Positions 20,141 through 23,929 of a stretch of 23,929 bases of DNA are shown here, piece after piece (positions within the stretch are counted from its first letter, which is position 1; each line of letters opens with the position of its first letter). The notes beneath the pieces were generated by a model. It was not told where the DNA came from and made no database searches. It was given only the letters and a program-made list of their open reading frames with translations. The stretch covers positions 1 to 23,929 of the forward strand of contig NW_021836512.1 of NCBI RefSeq assembly GCF_006345805.1, read 5' to 3'. Made by a program: the position numbers and the translations under genes. Origin of the DNA: Octopus sinensis (lineage: Eukaryota).

Positions 20141-20557
20141 TTACTCTTTTACTCTTTTAATTGTTTCAATCATTTGACTGCGGCCATGCTGGAGCACCGC
20201 CTTTAGTCGAGCAAATCGACCCCGGGACTTATTCTTTGTAAGCCCAGTACTTATTCTATCGGTCTCTTTTGCCGAACCGCTAAGTGACGGGGACGCAAAC
20301 ACACCAGCATCGGTTGTCAAGCAATGCTAGGGGGAGAATCACAGACACACAAACACATACACACACATACATATATATATACATATATACATATATACGA
20401 CAGGCTTCTTTCAGTTTCCGTCTACCAAATCCACTCACGAGGCATTGGTCGGCCCGGGGCTATAACAGAAGACACCTGCCCAAGATACCACGCAGTGGGA
20501 CTGAACCCGGAACCATGTAGTTGGTTAGCAAGCTACTTACCACACAGCCACTCCTGC
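20141..20557 (-). mobile_element. SINE family B, full-length copy inserted in the right PLE arm
   Basis: Reverse complement reads gcaggagtggctgtgtggtaagtagcttgct..ccaac.acatggttccgggttcagtcccactgcgtgg (tRNA-like A/B boxes), then a central (TA/CA)n and a 3' (taaaagag)n tail. Confidence 0.9.
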
Positions 20558-20648
20558 GTCTAATATAATATTTCTATTCTATGTAATTTTCTAGATGGTG
20601 TAATTGTTCATTTTGAACTGATAAAAAGGTGGTTTATTTCTAATTTAT

Positions 20649-20714
<66 letters not shown>

Positions 20715-20719
20715 GTATG

Positions 20720-20750
<31 letters not shown>

Positions 20751-21040
20751 GATATATATATAAATGATGTATATATATATATATATATATATACATATAT
20801 ACATATATATATATATGTATATATATGAGTATATATATATATAATATATATATAATATATATATATAGTATATGTATTAATATGAGTATTCTATATATGT
20901 ATGTGTATATATATATATACATATATACATATATATATATGTATATGTATATATATATGAGTATCTATATATATATATACATACATATAAATTTATATAT
21001 ATACATATATGTATATATATATATGTATATATATACATAA
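20649..21040. repeat. (TA)n microsatellite field
   Basis: Visible directly in the sequence. Confidence 0.95.
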
Positions 21041-21429
21041 ACATTGAATATATTAATAGTTAATTTGTCAGTTATCTCTGGTTTACCCTCAAGTGAGGCA
21101 TTAACTTTATTTCGCTCGTCTCTAACCACGTTCAGTCTAAATTAATATTACTAATACTACTTTCGCCTACACGAACACGAACACAATCACAAATCTGACT
21201 ACCACCACCACCACCACCACTACTACTACCAATACAAGTACTTGATCTGTTAATATCAGGGACGTCGAATTGGATCAGTATGGTTATTGAAATGCAAACC
21301 ACATATGTTTATACGTTTGTACATCTATTAGCGCGGCCTGTGATAAACACACACACAAGGGTAAATCAAAACGTAATGTAGCTTCTATATTTTTCAATGA
21401 AATTATTTAATATTTGGTAGAAATGGAAA

Positions 21430-21431
21430 GG

Positions 21432-21492
<61 letters not shown>

Positions 21493-21523
21493 GTTATCGT
21501 TATTATTATCATCATCATTATTA

Positions 21524-21582
<59 letters not shown>

Positions 21583-21583
21583 T
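21430..21583. repeat. (ATT)n microsatellite
   Basis: Visible directly in the sequence. Confidence 0.95.
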
Positions 21584-21594
21584 GTTTGGTGTAT

Positions 21595-22705
21595 GAATAA
21601 AGGGGCTGATATCAAAATGGCTGCCCTGCTGGATATCCGTCAGAATCAAAGGGCAGTAACTGAGTTTCTTTCAACCGAAAGGAAAACTGCGCAGACATTC
21701 ACAAAATACTGGAAACCGTTTACAAAGCTTTAAACTACAGCGATGTGTGGAGATACGCTCGCCATCTGAATGAGATTTCAATTGACCAAAACGAATTGGG
21801 AAATTCAGATTTATCAGACGTGCCTCAAAGATGCCATCCGTCAACTTCTGTCAACTCGGCCAAAAAGGAAACAGCAGACGCTTTAATTTATAGATGATAG
21901 GTGCATAACCATTGATGAGCTGACATCAAGAACTTGGAGTTAAGGAGTTAAGCATGGTGGTGCTCACAACATTAGCGAGTCACTTGGATATTCAAAAATG
22001 TGTGTCTTCTGGCTGCTAAAACAAATGAATGCAGCACTGCGAGGGTTAACTGTTGGAATGAAGCCGTTTACCTCATTGAAAGAGATGAAACCTTTTTCAA
22101 AGGATCATAAATGGTGATGAAACACGGATTCATTTTTATGATATGCTTAGCCGTATTTCTTCCGTCTTCTCAATCTGACTTCAAATTCCGCCAAAGTCGA
22201 CTTTGCCTTTCATCTTTTCGCGGTCACTAAAGTAAGTACCAGGTGAGTACTGGGGTCGATGGAATTAGCTATGCTTCTCCCCCAAATTGCAGGCCTTGTG
22301 CCAATTTTAGAAAAGATTATTATGAACCAGAATCGAAAAACATATCAATGAAATGGCATCTCCAAAATTTAAAACTTTCAAAGCAGAAAAGTCAACTGGA
22401 AAATCATGGCGACTGTCTGTTACAATACTCAGGGTGGTATTTTTGTCGATTTCTTTCAAAAAAGAGAAACAATCACCTGTGAATCATGCAGTGAAATCCT
22501 TGAAACAGTTAAAGCAAGAATCCACTCAGGAAGACCGAATTTGAAGTTGACTAAATTTCTTCTTGAATGCTACAACGCCAGGCCTCACGCAAGCCCCGCA
22601 ACAAGGGACATCACTTTCGGCTGGAGAGCTCTGTCGCATCATTCCTACCTACCAAACTTAGCAACCCCAAAGAAAGAAACGCTGAGAAACAAACATTGTG
22701 GTGAT
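21595..22705 (+). pseudogene. Mariner transposase remnant (defective), interrupted by a SINE
   Basis: MAALLDIRQNQRAVTEFL (ATG at 21617), LGYSKMCVFWL (WVPHEL region), GDETRIHFY|EPESK, GGIFVDFF...ETIT, LLECYNARPH (HDNARPH) and YLPNLA (YSPDLAP); frameshifts and lost catalytic aspartates. Confidence 0.9.
22142..22325 (+). mobile_element. SINE family A, 5'-truncated, inside the mariner, with TSD TTATGA
   Basis: atgcttagccgtatttc...ttcaaattccgccaaagtcgactttgcc...aaattgcaggccttgtgcc; ttatga at 22136-22141 and 22320-22325. Confidence 0.85.
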
Positions 22706-22709
22706 AGAA

Positions 22710-23124
22710 GCAGGCGTGGCTGCGTGGTAAGAAGTTTGCTTTCTAATCGCATGGTTCAGTGCTGAGTTTCATTCCGTGGCACATTAGACAAGTGTCTTCT
22801 ACAATAGATTCGGGCCAACAAAGGTCTAATGAATGGATTTCATAGACGGAAACTTAAAGAAACCTGCTGTGTATATGTGTATATATATATATGAATCTGT
22901 GTTTGTGTTTGAGTGCTTGTGTTTAACCCTTCCGCTGCTTGACACGGGGTGTTCGTATGTTTATGTCCCCGCATAACGATTCGGCAAAAGCAGACCGATA
23001 AAATAAGTACAAGGTTTACAAAATTACTGGGATCGATTCATTCGACTAAAATTCATCACAGCGTTGCCCCAGCATGGTCGTGATCTAATGACTCAAACAA
23101 GTAAAAGCCCAAAAGTAAAGATAA
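22710..23124 (+). mobile_element. SINE family B, full-length diverged copy
   Basis: gcaggcgtggctgcgtggtaagaagtttgct...gacaagtgtcttctac...agacggaaact, a central (TA/TG)n, and a 3' end aaacaagtaaaag. Confidence 0.85.
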
Positions 23125-23226
23125 TATATAAATATATATGTATGTGTGTATATATGTGTGTTAGTGTGTGTATATGTATACATATATATGTATATATATA
23201 TGTGTGTGTGTAAATATATATATATA

Positions 23227-23262
<36 letters not shown>

Positions 23263-23929
23263 ATGTATATACATAAATATATTTATATATATTTATATAT
23301 ATAATATATAAGTGTATGTGTGTGTATTATGTAACAATGTACTTCCGGTTATGGAGACCAGACGTGATTTTTGAATCATTTTATTGAAATTTATGAAATT
23401 ATAGAAAAAAACAATAAAAAACTATGTAAAAGTGCATAAATAAAACTTTTGCTGTTGTTTGAAGAAATCATTTCGAAAGCCAAATTATGTAATTCTGTAT
23501 CTAATTGGAATCTGAAATGTAAGGTACCCGGGAATGAATTAAAACTTTCTTGGGGATCGGAAATTCATTGAACGTAAATTTTAGGAATTACTTCTTTTTA
23601 TATATATATATATATAACTGTTTGGATTTGTAGGAAAACTGTTTAACTCTGAAAAAGACAATGCAAAGGGGAAGTAAATCTTTCCAAACATACACACACA
23701 CATACACACACACACACACACACACATTTATATGTATGGATGGATAGATGTTCATTCCATCTCATATTACCACTCATATATATATATATAAATTTATAGC
23801 GAGAGATGTCTGAGAGTATTACATAAATATATATATGTATGTCTATATATATGCATATATATATGTATATATATATACATATGTATATATATATATGTTT
23901 ATACATAAACATATATATTTGTATATATA

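Larger units (their letters stand above)
18521..20648 (+). mobile_element. Penelope-like element with inverted pseudo-LTRs and a decayed ORF C-terminus
   Basis: Left arm 18521-18809 is the reverse complement of the right arm 19945-20140 plus 20558-20648 (split by a SINE). Each arm carries a hammerhead core. The interior gives RLSKSIWNLK (19496-19525), resembling the LSKYIW.LK motif of the Neptune GIY-YIG domain, and a weak KKWFK. (TA)n lies on both sides. Confidence 0.75.

Noticed and set aside
23330-23600. AT-rich block with a perfect ETS site (ACTTCCGG at 23341-23348)
   Set aside because: A single short motif with no context; the block cannot be classified and may be an unrecognised transposon fragment.

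Overview
AT-rich, microsatellite-dense eukaryotic DNA. The SINE families and simple repeats resemble those of octopus (coleoid cephalopod); this is an inference from memory, not a database hit. The only supportable host gene is the first coding exon of Distal-less/Dlx (minus strand, 607-904: GKSAFMELQQ motif, phase-1 GT donor), with a candidate CCAAT/GC-box/Inr promoter near 2090-2175. The remaining ~22 kb is Dlx upstream sequence filled with decayed mobile elements: three tRNA-type SINE families, CR1/Jockey-like, RTE-like and R4/Dong-like LINE remnants, a mariner remnant, several MITEs and a cluster of Penelope-like element (PLE) pieces. The most notable structure is at 14.5-20.6 kb, where four hammerhead-ribozyme-like motifs sit in elements embedded in (TA)n. 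These are a compact minimal hammerhead with a variant core (18044-18081), a ~2.1 kb element whose long inverted arms each carry a hammerhead with an extended stem II (18521-20648), and a decayed one inside a perfect 31-bp foldback (14501-14667). Also visible are a 3' tail shared between a LINE-associated segment and a SINE, and two dimeric SINEs with the same junction. All alignments were done by eye, and nearly all ORFs in the supplied track are microsatellite artefacts.
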